Of a DNA stretch of 64,000 nucleotides, positions 9,526-19,061 are shown piece after piece (positions within the stretch are counted from its first letter, which is position 1; every line of letters starts with the position of its first letter). The notes under the pieces are model-generated. The model was not told the origin of the DNA, did not search any database, and was given only the letters and a program-made list of their open reading frames with translations. The translations under genes were made by a program, and so were the position numbers. The DNA comes from Methanobacteriota archaeon (GTDB taxonomy: Archaea > Thermoplasmatota > Thermoplasmata > Thermoplasmatales > ARK-15): assembly GCA_009758405.1 (NCBI GenBank), contig WSBC01000032.1:87934-151933 (forward strand). Reading direction: 5' to 3'.

Positions 9526-11083
9526 AAAGGAATTTGTTATTCATCCCCTCATAAGAGAGAATACACTTGAAAAGAGAGAATATCAGATTAGGATTTACGA
9601 AGAAATACTTTCAAAGATGGAAAATACTCTTGTTGTATTACCAACTGGGGTAGGTAAAACGGAGATTGCAGTTCTATTAATGGCAGAAATGCTACATAAA
9701 CATGGACCAAAGGTGCTATTTCTTGCACCAACAAGACCTCTTGTTCTTCAACATAGGGAAAGGCTCTTGAAATATATCAAGGACGATAAGATTGTTGCAC
9801 TTACGGGAAATGTAGATCCAGAGGAAAGGAAGTTACTTTGGAAGGAAAATAACATAATAGTTAGTACCCCCCAGGTAATAAGGAATGATATATTATCAGG
9901 TTATATTGATCCAGATGAGGTAAAATTACTTATTGTTGATGAGGCACACAGATCTGTAGGGAAATATGCCTACACATTTGTCACAGAAAAATGTTCAAAT
10001 GCACTTATCATAGGTCTTACTGCCTCACCTGGCTCGAAGATGGAAAGGATTGAAGAAATAATGAAACACCTCAATATTAAAAGGTTCCAGGTTAAGAGTG
10101 AAAAGGATGAGGATGTAAAGCCATACGTTCATGAGATCAAGCTGGAAACAATAATGCTCGATTTTCCAGATGAATTTGAACCATTAAGGGAAAAGATTAA
10201 GGAAATCATAAATGCTCTTGTAAAAGAGCTTATTAGTAAATATCCTGATATAAATATTAGGGGGAGACTTACAAAAAAAAGGATACTTGATATGCAGAAA
10301 TCTTTTTCTGATTATATCTCAAAAGGTATGAAATCCTATTATGAAGGCCTTTCCTTACTTTCAATGATTCTTAAAATGCAGATAGCCCTAGAATATTTAG
10401 AAACTCAGGGCATTACCACCTGTCATGAATATTTGGAGCAGCTTGTGCATCTCGCCAGGGTAGAGGATGCAAAGAGAACAGATATAAGGCTAAATAAGTT
10501 GAGGGGATTTCAGGAGGCGGTTATAATGGCAAGAGAGATATCAAAGATGGATGTAAAATCCCCAAAACTCAGGAAAATTGAAAATCTTGTCAGGGAACAA
10601 ATAACAAAAAATATGCAATCAAGGATAATAATATTTACAAACTACAGGAATATTAATCAGGATATTTATGAAATGCTTCTCAGGGTAGAAGGAGTGAGGC
10701 CTTCACGTTTTCTAGGGCAGGCAACAAGGGGTGAGGATAAAGGGATGAGCCAAGAAGAACAGGAGGAGGTATTAAAAAAATTCAGGAACAATGAGATAAA
10801 TGTTCTTGTTTCAACACAAATAGGTGAAGAGGGTCTGGATATCCCTGAAACGGATCTCGTGATATTCCATGAGCCTGTAAGCTCTGAAATAAGGAATATA
10901 CAGAGAAGGGGTAGAACGGGAAGGGCAAGGCCTGGAAGGGTGGTAATTCTGGTCTATAAGAACACAATTGATGAAATAATGTTCTATGCAGGACTAAAAA
11001 AAGAAAAAAAGATGAAACAGAGAATAAACCAGTTGGAAACCAAGAAAAAAAAGGGACAATATTCATTGCTTGATTTTCAATGA
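9515..11083 (+). CDS. Hef/Mph1/FANCM-like superfamily-2 helicase (helicase part only)
   Basis: REYQ, PTGVGKT (motif I), DEAH (motif II), TASP (motif III) and QRRGRTGR (motif VI). 522 aa with no ERCC4 nuclease domain. Confidence 0.75.
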   Translation: MSYEKEFVIHPLIRENTLEKREYQIRIYEEILSKMENTLVVLPTGVGKTEIAVLLMAEMLHKHGPKVLFLAPTRPLVLQHRERLLKYIKDDKIVALTGNVDPEERKLLWKENNIIVSTPQVIRNDILSGYIDPDEVKLLIVDEAHRSVGKYAYTFVTEKCSNALIIGLTASPGSKMERIEEIMKHLNIKRFQVKSEKDEDVKPYVHEIKLETIMLDFPDEFEPLREKIKEIINALVKELISKYPDINIRGRLTKKRILDMQKSFSDYISKGMKSYYEGLSLLSMILKMQIALEYLETQGITTCHEYLEQLVHLARVEDAKRTDIRLNKLRGFQEAVIMAREISKMDVKSPKLRKIENLVREQITKNMQSRIIIFTNYRNINQDIYEMLLRVEGVRPSRFLGQATRGEDKGMSQEEQEEVLKKFRNNEINVLVSTQIGEEGLDIPETDLVIFHEPVSSEIRNIQRRGRTGRARPGRVVILVYKNTIDEIMFYAGLKKEKKMKQRINQLETKKKKGQYSLLDFQ

Positions 11084-13675
11084 ATCAATCTTTTTAAAAT
11101 TATATTTTATAAATCTATTCCTAATTTTCGAAATATATACCCTTAGGGTTCTTACTCTATCGTCACCAATAACAATTCTTTCAGCATCTTCACCTAGACC
11201 GGTATCCAATATTATTTTCCTAACTGCCCTTTCAAGGTCAGGATAATTTTTATAATAGTCAGAATAATCCCTGAGTGCATTTGCAATCCTCTTCGATGTA
11301 GTGACAAGAACGTCTTCATCCACACAGGAAAGTATTCCACCTAAGTCCATAAGAAGCTTAGGATTTGCATCGATTGATAGGAACTCCTCTATTGAATAGC
11401 ATTCCTCACAATCCTTTTTTTCACCTGAAAATATCTTTACACCATCAAAATTTCCCTCAGGATCAAGGTAAACATAAAAATCTGAATCCTTTATATTTGG
11501 AACAATTGGAATGCATCTAATTATAAGAGGATTTTCATTTTCTATTCTAACAATGTTCCCAATTAGGAGAAGCTTATTTATTATTTTTCCCTTTGTACCT
11601 TTTAATATTTTGTCATTTATATTTATTTTATTATTATCATCAATATAAATATATCCAGACTTTTTCAATTTTTCAATTGAATGAAAAATATCCCTTTCTT
11701 CGCCAATCCTTTCATAGATACTCTTAAGGTTTTGTATATTGACCTCAAGATGCATATGTTCTAAGAGCAACATATCATAAAATATTTCCTCAAAATCATC
11801 ATTCTGATCAATATATCTCTTTGATTCCTTAATGAAATAATCCTTTACCATTGATTTAGTCTCATTAAAATCTATTCTAATAAACTCTGAAAATATTCTT
11901 GATTTAAAGAATGCAACGCCACCACCAAGAAACATTAGTCTTTCCCTATCAATAGAAAATTTTAAACTAAAATCAATAGCATCCCCGGGGGAAAGTTTGA
12001 AAAGTGCATAATTTTTTGCGTTTGCCATTATTGTATCCTTTAAATTATTCTGTATTGTTGATAGATGTGTTGTGGCCATGAAAAGGTTAAGGTTTTCCTT
12101 TCTTCCAAGTATCAACATGTCCTGAAATGATGAGTTTGCATATTCCTGAAATTCATCACAGAAAAGGAATGCAGGTAATTTCTCCTTCCTTGATTGAAGG
12201 GAAATCCAGAACATGGAAAGTATTGTGGAAAGTATGAAAGTCGAGACCTTTTCACTTACCTTCCCCCTATCACCACTTACAAGTATAATATTATTATTTT
12301 TAATCGCATCATAGATTGAAAAGGCGGGATTCCTGTTTGCCACCATTGATTTAAGTATTCTGTTTGCCTTAATGAAAGACAGGGTCCTTCTCGTACTGGA
12401 TATATCTTCCTGAGTAAAATTTTCAAGGTTGGATAAAAACTCCTTAAAATCTTCATTTTCAGAGATTTTCATAAAATTTTTTCTTGAATCCTCTCTAGTT
12501 ATTATGTCATATATATCCATAATTGTTGAACCCTTCAGCTCAACCAGCCCATTAATTGAATGCCTCAATATTTCTTCTATCCTACTACCAACAAGTCCAC
12601 CCTGTATACCAGATTCTGCCTCTGTTACATTTCTTAGCACCTGAATAATATCTTCTGCAAGCCTGGTAACTGCAATTTCCCTATCTATATAACCAGGTAT
12701 TTCCAGAAGATTCATTGAAACAGGTGAATCCACGGGACTTATGTAAACTACCCTATTTGCAATCTTTTCATCCATTGATCCCATAATTCTTTCAACAGTA
12801 TCTCCTGTAGGGTCTAATACTAGAATCGGAAAATTTAGCTCAGAAAGGCTTTTGAAAACTGAAACCATAAGAGTACTCTTACCTGATCCTGTTTCACCCA
12901 ATAGAAGGGTGCTTTGTCCTTCATTTCTAAGGAATTCCATATGGCAGGGTTTCGAATTACTTACAGATCTACCTATATATACAGATTTCAAAATATTCAC
13001 TGGGGTAGAGAATCCTTGAGCTCTAATAGCTATACCTGACCTCTCCAGTGCCTCACCCGGAAAGGGTAAAATGAATGAAGATCCCCTTGAATCTATTAAA
13101 CCAGTTTTACCCCTTATTGTTTTCTTTTTTACTGCGTAGAGATTATTTTTATCTGACCAATAACTTGAAATTAGAGAAATTAGATCCTCATTTTTTTCAT
13201 TCTTTTTAAATGCAGTTAATATCCTAATACCAAAAAAATCAGTATTGAATAAAAGATGAATTAATTCAACTGAGATGACAAAGGAGGGCTTGGTAAGAGA
13301 ATTGGAATACTTCAATATATGTTCAAAAAAGTCAACAATCCTTCCATTCGCTATAATTGGTTCTTTCCTTCTTATGGATTTAAAGATATAAAGATCTTCA
13401 AAATCTGCAATATTTATATTATCTATCTTATTAAAAACTATACCACTGTATACTGTGTTGAGTGTTTCTATCCCACCATCCATTACAATATAAAGGGAAG
13501 CATTTCCTTCATTCAATAAAAGAATAATTTTAAAGTCTTTACCAGATTTTTTAAGAAATGATAAAAATAGTTCTGAAAGTGCATTATGTTTCTCCCTCTC
13601 CCTTGATGGATCGAGTGGTATCCATACCCTGTAAATTTCAAGGTCTTTTAGATATTCATGGATTTTCCACCCCAT
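11063..13675 (-). CDS. Large P-loop NTPase of the FtsK/HerA/VirB4/VirD4 (DUF87/AAA_10-like) clade, function unknown
   Basis: 870 aa. Walker A GETGSGKST (res 260-268) followed by ILVLDPTGD. Walker B-like FLFCDEFQEY (about res 503-512) and GRKENLNLFMATTH. The N-terminal about 250 aa and C-terminal about 290 aa carry no motif I recognise. Confidence 0.6.
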   Translation of the reverse strand: MGWKIHEYLKDLEIYRVWIPLDPSREREKHNALSELFLSFLKKSGKDFKIILLLNEGNASLYIVMDGGIETLNTVYSGIVFNKIDNINIADFEDLYIFKSIRRKEPIIANGRIVDFFEHILKYSNSLTKPSFVISVELIHLLFNTDFFGIRILTAFKKNEKNEDLISLISSYWSDKNNLYAVKKKTIRGKTGLIDSRGSSFILPFPGEALERSGIAIRAQGFSTPVNILKSVYIGRSVSNSKPCHMEFLRNEGQSTLLLGETGSGKSTLMVSVFKSLSELNFPILVLDPTGDTVERIMGSMDEKIANRVVYISPVDSPVSMNLLEIPGYIDREIAVTRLAEDIIQVLRNVTEAESGIQGGLVGSRIEEILRHSINGLVELKGSTIMDIYDIITREDSRKNFMKISENEDFKEFLSNLENFTQEDISSTRRTLSFIKANRILKSMVANRNPAFSIYDAIKNNNIILVSGDRGKVSEKVSTFILSTILSMFWISLQSRKEKLPAFLFCDEFQEYANSSFQDMLILGRKENLNLFMATTHLSTIQNNLKDTIMANAKNYALFKLSPGDAIDFSLKFSIDRERLMFLGGGVAFFKSRIFSEFIRIDFNETKSMVKDYFIKESKRYIDQNDDFEEIFYDMLLLEHMHLEVNIQNLKSIYERIGEERDIFHSIEKLKKSGYIYIDDNNKININDKILKGTKGKIINKLLLIGNIVRIENENPLIIRCIPIVPNIKDSDFYVYLDPEGNFDGVKIFSGEKKDCEECYSIEEFLSIDANPKLLMDLGGILSCVDEDVLVTTSKRIANALRDYSDYYKNYPDLERAVRKIILDTGLGEDAERIVIGDDRVRTLRVYISKIRNRFIKYNFKKIDSLKIKQ

Positions 13676-14417
13676 CTCCCCTCCCCCTCACACAGGAAAT
13701 TATTTGTTTTAGCCTCTCCCTATAATCAGTATATTTTTCAATAAGTGTACCAGTAACAATTATGTCAGCCCCGGAGTTAATAAGCTCACAGGCAGAATTT
13801 TTTTCCCTGATCCCTCCTCCCACGATAAGTGGTATGGAAATCTCTTTTTTCACAGCCCTTACCATCTCATATGGTACAGGCTGGGGCGCCCCTGAGCCAG
13901 CCTCGAGATAAACAAGCCTCATTCCAAGAAGCTGGGCTGCAAGGGCATAACCCACAGCATCTGCAGTGTTTTCTCTTTTTACAAGAATAGCCTTTCCCAC
14001 CCTACCAACAGTCATTCCTGGCTCTACAACTATGTATCCCATTGAAATAGCTTCAATACCGAGTCTTTTTATTATCAAAGCGCCTCTTGCCTGATTACCA
14101 ATTATGAAATCCCTGTCATTGGAGTTGAGCATACTCATAAAATATATAGCATCTGCATACCTTGATATACTCTGCACACCATTTGGAAAAATGATAACAG
14201 GTAATTTTGACCTGAGTTTAATGTTCTTGATTGTTTCATCCATCAAATCTGTTGTTATATTTGTTGAGCCACCTACCATTATTGCATCCGTTCCAATACT
14301 TTGAAGTTCGAAAGCAAGATTCCCTGCATCCTCAGGGGTTTGCTTGGCTGGATCAATAAGAGTAAAATGCATTTTTCTTTTTTCTAAGGTCTTAATTATG
14401 TATTCATATACACTCAT
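13656..14417 (-). CDS. Geranylgeranylglyceryl phosphate synthase (PcrB/GGGPS family)
   Basis: 253 aa. TIM-barrel PcrB-like sequence (HFTLIDPAK..., IVGGGIR near the C-terminus). Confidence 0.8.
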   Translation of the reverse strand: MSVYEYIIKTLEKRKMHFTLIDPAKQTPEDAGNLAFELQSIGTDAIMVGGSTNITTDLMDETIKNIKLRSKLPVIIFPNGVQSISRYADAIYFMSMLNSNDRDFIIGNQARGALIIKRLGIEAISMGYIVVEPGMTVGRVGKAILVKRENTADAVGYALAAQLLGMRLVYLEAGSGAPQPVPYEMVRAVKKEISIPLIVGGGIREKNSACELINSGADIIVTGTLIEKYTDYRERLKQIISCVRGRGDGVENP

Positions 14418-15217
14418 GTTACACCACCTACTACAAATGATATCAGGGCCAAAATCATAGCGTATTTAGAGTAAACCTCTCCTCTATGTGGATCCCTAAA
14501 CTGTATTGATATTGAAATTATGAAAATGATGTCCGATATTGCAACTGCGATTAAATAAAAAAATCCATAATAATTCTCTATGAAGGGTATGGGAGAGATA
14601 AGTATTGCTATTATATAGAAAAGAGATGATAAATAAAGTGAATTATTCTTTCCAATCTTTTTAGGTAATGTAACCCTGTTAAAATCGCCGGCCATATCCT
14701 CAACATCCTTTGTAATTTCCCTTCCTAGAGTGGAAAAAAAGGCCATTGTACCCAGGATTGCCGGAAGTAAATAAACCCCGAATATTGCACCTGAAAATAT
14801 AAATAGAAGTAGGAGAAGTAAACTAATGTTAAAATTTCCTATAAAACCCTTATTCTTGGTGTAGGATTCATAGGTATATAAAAGGATTATTGCAAATGCA
14901 TTTATTAGAAATGCTATTATACCTATAAAAATTGAAATGAATAGGCTGACGGAAAATAGGAATGCCGAGTATGTAAGAGCTACCTGCCTTTTCATCCTTC
15001 CAGAAGGAATAGGCCTTTCTGGATGGTTTATTCTATCCACCTCAGCATCATAATAATCATTTAGTACATTTCCCCCAGAGGTAGTGAGAAAGGTGACAAG
15101 AATACCTAATATTATTAAATATAAATTATAATTTTTAATTGCAATAGCTACAATTATTACAGTAAGACTTGACATAAGTCCATTCAATGGTCTTATTATC
15201 TCTATCCATTCCTTCAT
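14414..15217 (-). CDS. UbiA-family prenyltransferase, likely digeranylgeranylglyceryl phosphate synthase
   Basis: 267 aa, polytopic. NDYYDAEVDRINHPERPIPSG is the UbiA Asp-rich motif. Overlaps the GGGPS gene by 4 nt. Confidence 0.75.
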   Translation of the reverse strand: MKEWIEIIRPLNGLMSSLTVIIVAIAIKNYNLYLIILGILVTFLTTSGGNVLNDYYDAEVDRINHPERPIPSGRMKRQVALTYSAFLFSVSLFISIFIGIIAFLINAFAIILLYTYESYTKNKGFIGNFNISLLLLLLFIFSGAIFGVYLLPAILGTMAFFSTLGREITKDVEDMAGDFNRVTLPKKIGKNNSLYLSSLFYIIAILISPIPFIENYYGFFYLIAVAISDIIFIISISIQFRDPHRGEVYSKYAMILALISFVVGGVT

Positions 15218-15261
15218 TTTAAAAAGGTAATAAAATATTAAAGATTAAGGTTTCGCTAATT

Positions 15262-16017
15262 TCAAATTTTTATTCTCCTCCCTGATGGTAACCTGCCTAC
15301 TATGCCAAGGTCATTCATATTAATCAAATCGCCCTTTTCAAATACAGGACCATCTACACATACCCTGTAGCCATTTATGGTGCAAGAGTCACATATGCCT
15401 ATGCCGCATTTCATGATCCTTTCTAAACTTGCCTGTAATTCTATATTTTTAAATCTGTAAAAATCTACTATTTTTCTTATCATCTTTTCGGGACCACATG
15501 CATAAACAGAATCGAAATTGTCAGAGAGTGCATCGGTGACAACCCCCTTTAAACCGTAAGATCCATCTTCTGTGAATATTATAAGTTCATCAGCATTCTT
15601 TGAAATTCTTTCAATAAAGTAAAGATCATTCCTTGATCTAGCACCAATAACAACTACCTTTCTTTTAAAATGGGATGATTCAATAAACGGCGCTAGAGAT
15701 GATATGCCAGTTCCACCGGCTATATAAAGGGCACTATTCCCTTTTTCTTTATACCCACTGCCATAGGGACCCCTTATAAAGAATTGATCACCTTTTTCTA
15801 GGTGTGATAATTTTTCTGTCCCTTCACCAATTACCTTAAATGTAAATCCCTTGAAATTCCCTATGTATGAGAAGCTCATTGGAAATTCATCAATATTTGG
15901 TAACCATACCATAGCAAACTGGCCTGGAAGAACATTTAATTCGTAATCAAACAGTAATGTAAATGTTTTATCATTCTCTCTGATCTTCTCCTTAACATTT
16001 ACCCTTCTATAGATCAT
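15262..16017 (-). CDS. pyrK: Dihydroorotate dehydrogenase electron-transfer subunit
   Basis: 251 aa with an FAD/NAD-binding fold. C-terminal CGIGICDSCTINGYRVCVDGPVF 2Fe-2S motif. Overlaps pyrD by 4 nt. Confidence 0.85.
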   Translation of the reverse strand: MIYRRVNVKEKIRENDKTFTLLFDYELNVLPGQFAMVWLPNIDEFPMSFSYIGNFKGFTFKVIGEGTEKLSHLEKGDQFFIRGPYGSGYKEKGNSALYIAGGTGISSLAPFIESSHFKRKVVVIGARSRNDLYFIERISKNADELIIFTEDGSYGLKGVVTDALSDNFDSVYACGPEKMIRKIVDFYRFKNIELQASLERIMKCGIGICDSCTINGYRVCVDGPVFEKGDLINMNDLGIVGRLPSGRRIKI

Positions 16018-16919
16018 TTTATCACCGCCAATCCAGAAAAATCTTCTATTCTCTCAAACCCTTCATTTTTCATATAGGTTTCTAGACCTTTTACAATCTC
16101 CTTGAATATGGAAAAACCTTTGTAATAAATGGCGCTTCCTACCTGTACAGCATTTGCCCCTGAGAGTATATATTCCACTGCATCCTCCCATCCATTGATA
16201 CCTCCTACACCTATAATTGGTATTTTCATCTCTTTCCTTACATCATAAACAGCTCTTACACCAATAGGTTTTATTCCGGGTCCTGAATAACCTCCATATA
16301 TATTGGAGAGCACAGGTCTTTTTGCATAGATGTCAATTACCATACCCTTTACTGTATTTATTAATACAAGTGCATCTGCACTCGATGCAGCCTTGGCAAT
16401 CTCTACAATATTTGTTATATTTGGTGTAAGCTTTGCAAAAACAGGTATTGATACCTTTTTCTTTACTTCCTTTACAATCTCCTCAACAGCATCTGGATCC
16501 TGACCTATTTCTGAACCAAAACCCTTTACGTGTGGACAAGAAAGGTTAAGTTCTACTCCATCGGCCCCAAACTTCTCCATTTTTTTAGCCAAAAAAGGAA
16601 AATCCTCATTCTTGCCAAATATTGAGCCTATAACAGGTATTTTCTCCTTTTTTACCAAATCAATCTCTTCCTTAAAATTTTCTATTCCTGGATTAGATAA
16701 TCCAATTGCATTCATGAGGCCGGTAGGTAAAACGACTACTGTAGGATTTGAATAACCCTCCCTTTCTTCAATACCAATTGATTTTGTTACTACACCTCCC
16801 GCGCCTTCCCTTGCTGCCCTGAGCATAGAATCCCCTTGTTCATCCATTATACCGCTTGCAAGTAAAACAGGATTCCTAAATCTTATTCCAGATATTGTAA
16901 CCTCAAGCATATATTTCAT
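16014..16919 (-). CDS. pyrD: Dihydroorotate dehydrogenase 1B catalytic subunit
   Basis: 301 aa. FRNPVLLASG, ELNLSCPH and GVGGI motifs are typical of class 1 DHODH. Confidence 0.9.
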   Translation of the reverse strand: MKYMLEVTISGIRFRNPVLLASGIMDEQGDSMLRAAREGAGGVVTKSIGIEEREGYSNPTVVVLPTGLMNAIGLSNPGIENFKEEIDLVKKEKIPVIGSIFGKNEDFPFLAKKMEKFGADGVELNLSCPHVKGFGSEIGQDPDAVEEIVKEVKKKVSIPVFAKLTPNITNIVEIAKAASSADALVLINTVKGMVIDIYAKRPVLSNIYGGYSGPGIKPIGVRAVYDVRKEMKIPIIGVGGINGWEDAVEYILSGANAVQVGSAIYYKGFSIFKEIVKGLETYMKNEGFERIEDFSGLAVIK

Positions 16920-16986
16920 AAACTAATACATTTAATTTAATGTTTTCTTTCACTCTTAATTTTTTATAATAGCTTATAAAATAAAT

Positions 16987-17304
16987 TTATTTTTTAAAGT
17001 TTAAAATACATTTTATTAATGGTTTAAAATCCTCTTGAAGGGAATAATATGTAAATTTCCAATCCTCTCTTTTTTTCAGTATTCCAGAATGATAAAGTTT
17101 GAGAAGATGCGTTGTAACTGTAGATTGCCGCATATGTAATGCGGATTCTAGCTCACACGCACATACCTCATCATATTTCATCAAAATTAATAGTATTGAA
17201 AGTCTTGTTTTATTTGATATTATTTTTAATATTTCCTCTAATTTTTCAAAATTTTTTGGGTTTATAGTTTCAATATTTTTTATATTACAATAATTGTTTT
17301 TCAT
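16987..17304 (-). CDS. arsR: ArsR/SmtB-family metalloregulator
   Basis: 105 aa. The wHTH has EVCACELESAL, matching the As(III)-binding ELCVCDL motif of ArsR. Confidence 0.8.
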   Translation of the reverse strand: MKNNYCNIKNIETINPKNFEKLEEILKIISNKTRLSILLILMKYDEVCACELESALHMRQSTVTTHLLKLYHSGILKKREDWKFTYYSLQEDFKPLIKCILNFKK

Positions 17305-18313
17305 ATTTCTTTATTGTAGAAAAATGTCTTTCCCTATTTAATTGTATCCAAACCAATAAAAGCATAAGTGGTATCTCCAATAAAGGACCTATTGCAGTGG
17401 TAATTATTACAAAGGGATATACTGAAAATGCACTCAGGGCAATTGCAATACTTATTTCAAAATCTCTTGCTGAAACAGAGTAACCAATTGATGTGGAATC
17501 TGAATAGTTTAAACCTATTCTCCTAGAGATGAGATAACCCATGTTAAAGAGAAGAAAATAAAATGAAAGCATTATAATTCCAATCATCCATACCAGACTA
17601 GGATACTCTATTATTCCATTTCCCTCACCCCAAAATATTATAAATATTGTGAACAGCAATGCAAGTGTTTGGATATTATTTAAAATTTTTATTATATTAT
17701 CAAAATATTTTTTTCTTTGAAAAATATTTCTTGTTAATATTCCTGCAATTAATGGAGTGAGAAGATATAGAATAACGCTTTTCAATATTAGTATTGGATC
17801 TATTATAATGCTTGTTCTTGCTAAAAAATAGACTAAAAATGGAGTAGTAATAATCTGAATAATAGAATTCCACGCAACAAAAGAGATTCCTAAAGCTAGA
17901 TTTCCATGAGAAAGATCAGTCCAAACAATCACCATTGCTATACATGGTGCTACACCTAAAAGAATAACACCTACTATAATTTGCCTTGAAATGTCAATGT
18001 TCAACAAACCTAAATTATTATAAATATATACGAATAAATAACCTAAACCTGACACGACAAATGGCGCAACAGCATAATTCAATAGTATCATTAAGGAGAT
18101 TATTTTGCTTTTTTTAATACTTGAAATTATCTCTTCCAATTTTACCTTTGTCATCGCTGGATAAATCATAAAAAATAGGCCTATTGGTATACCAAAATCT
18201 GCAATACTGTTACCATAAAGTTTAAAATTTTGGGAGAATATCAGTCCCAAAATTATACTGATAAAAACAAAGAACGGAAAAAGTATTGTTTTAATCCCAA
18301 TTTTATTTAACAT
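17285..18313 (-). CDS. acr3: ACR3-family arsenite efflux permease
   Basis: 342 aa, about 10 TM. GVAPCIAMVIVW matches the conserved Cys-containing ACR3 motif. Overlaps arsR by 20 nt. Confidence 0.75.
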   Translation of the reverse strand: MLNKIGIKTILFPFFVFISIILGLIFSQNFKLYGNSIADFGIPIGLFFMIYPAMTKVKLEEIISSIKKSKIISLMILLNYAVAPFVVSGLGYLFVYIYNNLGLLNIDISRQIIVGVILLGVAPCIAMVIVWTDLSHGNLALGISFVAWNSIIQIITTPFLVYFLARTSIIIDPILILKSVILYLLTPLIAGILTRNIFQRKKYFDNIIKILNNIQTLALLFTIFIIFWGEGNGIIEYPSLVWMIGIIMLSFYFLLFNMGYLISRRIGLNYSDSTSIGYSVSARDFEISIAIALSAFSVYPFVIITTAIGPLLEIPLMLLLVWIQLNRERHFSTIKKYEKQLL

Positions 18314-19032
18314 TGAAGGTCCTGCTGTTTAATTTTTTCAAATATCTCTTTTATTATTAATTCTCTATTGTTTTCCAAGACATACATGGATAATTTTTTT
18401 ACCTCTGCGAAATCAGGAAATGAAATTGCATTCCACATACATGAAACTTGACAATTATTGCAACCAACCATGCAATTATATGGGAATAATACAAATGCTT
18501 TCTTTTTTTCCTTGTCATACCCAAAGACATTCCTTTTCTCAGAACATGTCACAACACAAAGACCACAGCCTGTGCATTTATCAATATTTATATCAGGATA
18601 CCAATGAATTTCAGCTCTTTTTATCCCGTGCCAGTTAGAAAATTCATCTTTAGGATCTTTACTTACAGTTGTATTATTTATGCTAACATTATGATCTTTA
18701 AATTTTTCTAATCTTACATTTAATTCATCTTTTACCTTTGGATAAATTTTATACTTCATTAGTAGAGATGTAATAAATTTTTTAGGATCTTCAGGAAATG
18801 TAATTGCATCAGTAGGGCATAGTTTTGAGCAAGTTGTACAGCCGAGAACACAGTTTGATGGATTTCCTACAATATATCTATTTTCTTTATTGGACCAAAG
18901 AAAAACCTTATTTCCACATGCAAGCAAACACATTCCACAGCTATTGCATTTATCATAATTTATTGTAGGAAACCAGCTCTCATTAAGTACCTCAGCACCA
19001 TGCCAATTTTTTTTATTCATTTTTATCGCCAA
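18307..19032 (-). CDS. Internally duplicated ferredoxin-like protein with four predicted [4Fe-4S] motifs
   Basis: 241 aa. Two homologous halves, each with a W-rich lead-in (NWHG...W(F/Y)P.IN.DKC) and two Cys clusters (CxxCxxCxxxC and CxxxCxxCxxxC). The track start is TTG 19032; ATG 19020 (MNKKNWHG) is an alternative. Overlaps acr3 by 7 nt. Confidence 0.7.
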   Translation of the reverse strand: MAIKMNKKNWHGAEVLNESWFPTINYDKCNSCGMCLLACGNKVFLWSNKENRYIVGNPSNCVLGCTTCSKLCPTDAITFPEDPKKFITSLLMKYKIYPKVKDELNVRLEKFKDHNVSINNTTVSKDPKDEFSNWHGIKRAEIHWYPDINIDKCTGCGLCVVTCSEKRNVFGYDKEKKKAFVLFPYNCMVGCNNCQVSCMWNAISFPDFAEVKKLSMYVLENNRELIIKEIFEKIKQQDLQC

Positions 19033-19061
19033 GAGGTATAATGATTTTTGATATATAAAAT

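Noticed and set aside
12127-12149. ATGATGA + 12 nt + CTGA on the plus strand (C/D'-like spacing) inside the 870-aa NTPase gene
   Set aside because: No C' or D box follows. It lies antisense to the Walker B coding region. One such chance hit is expected among the many TGATGA occurrences I checked.
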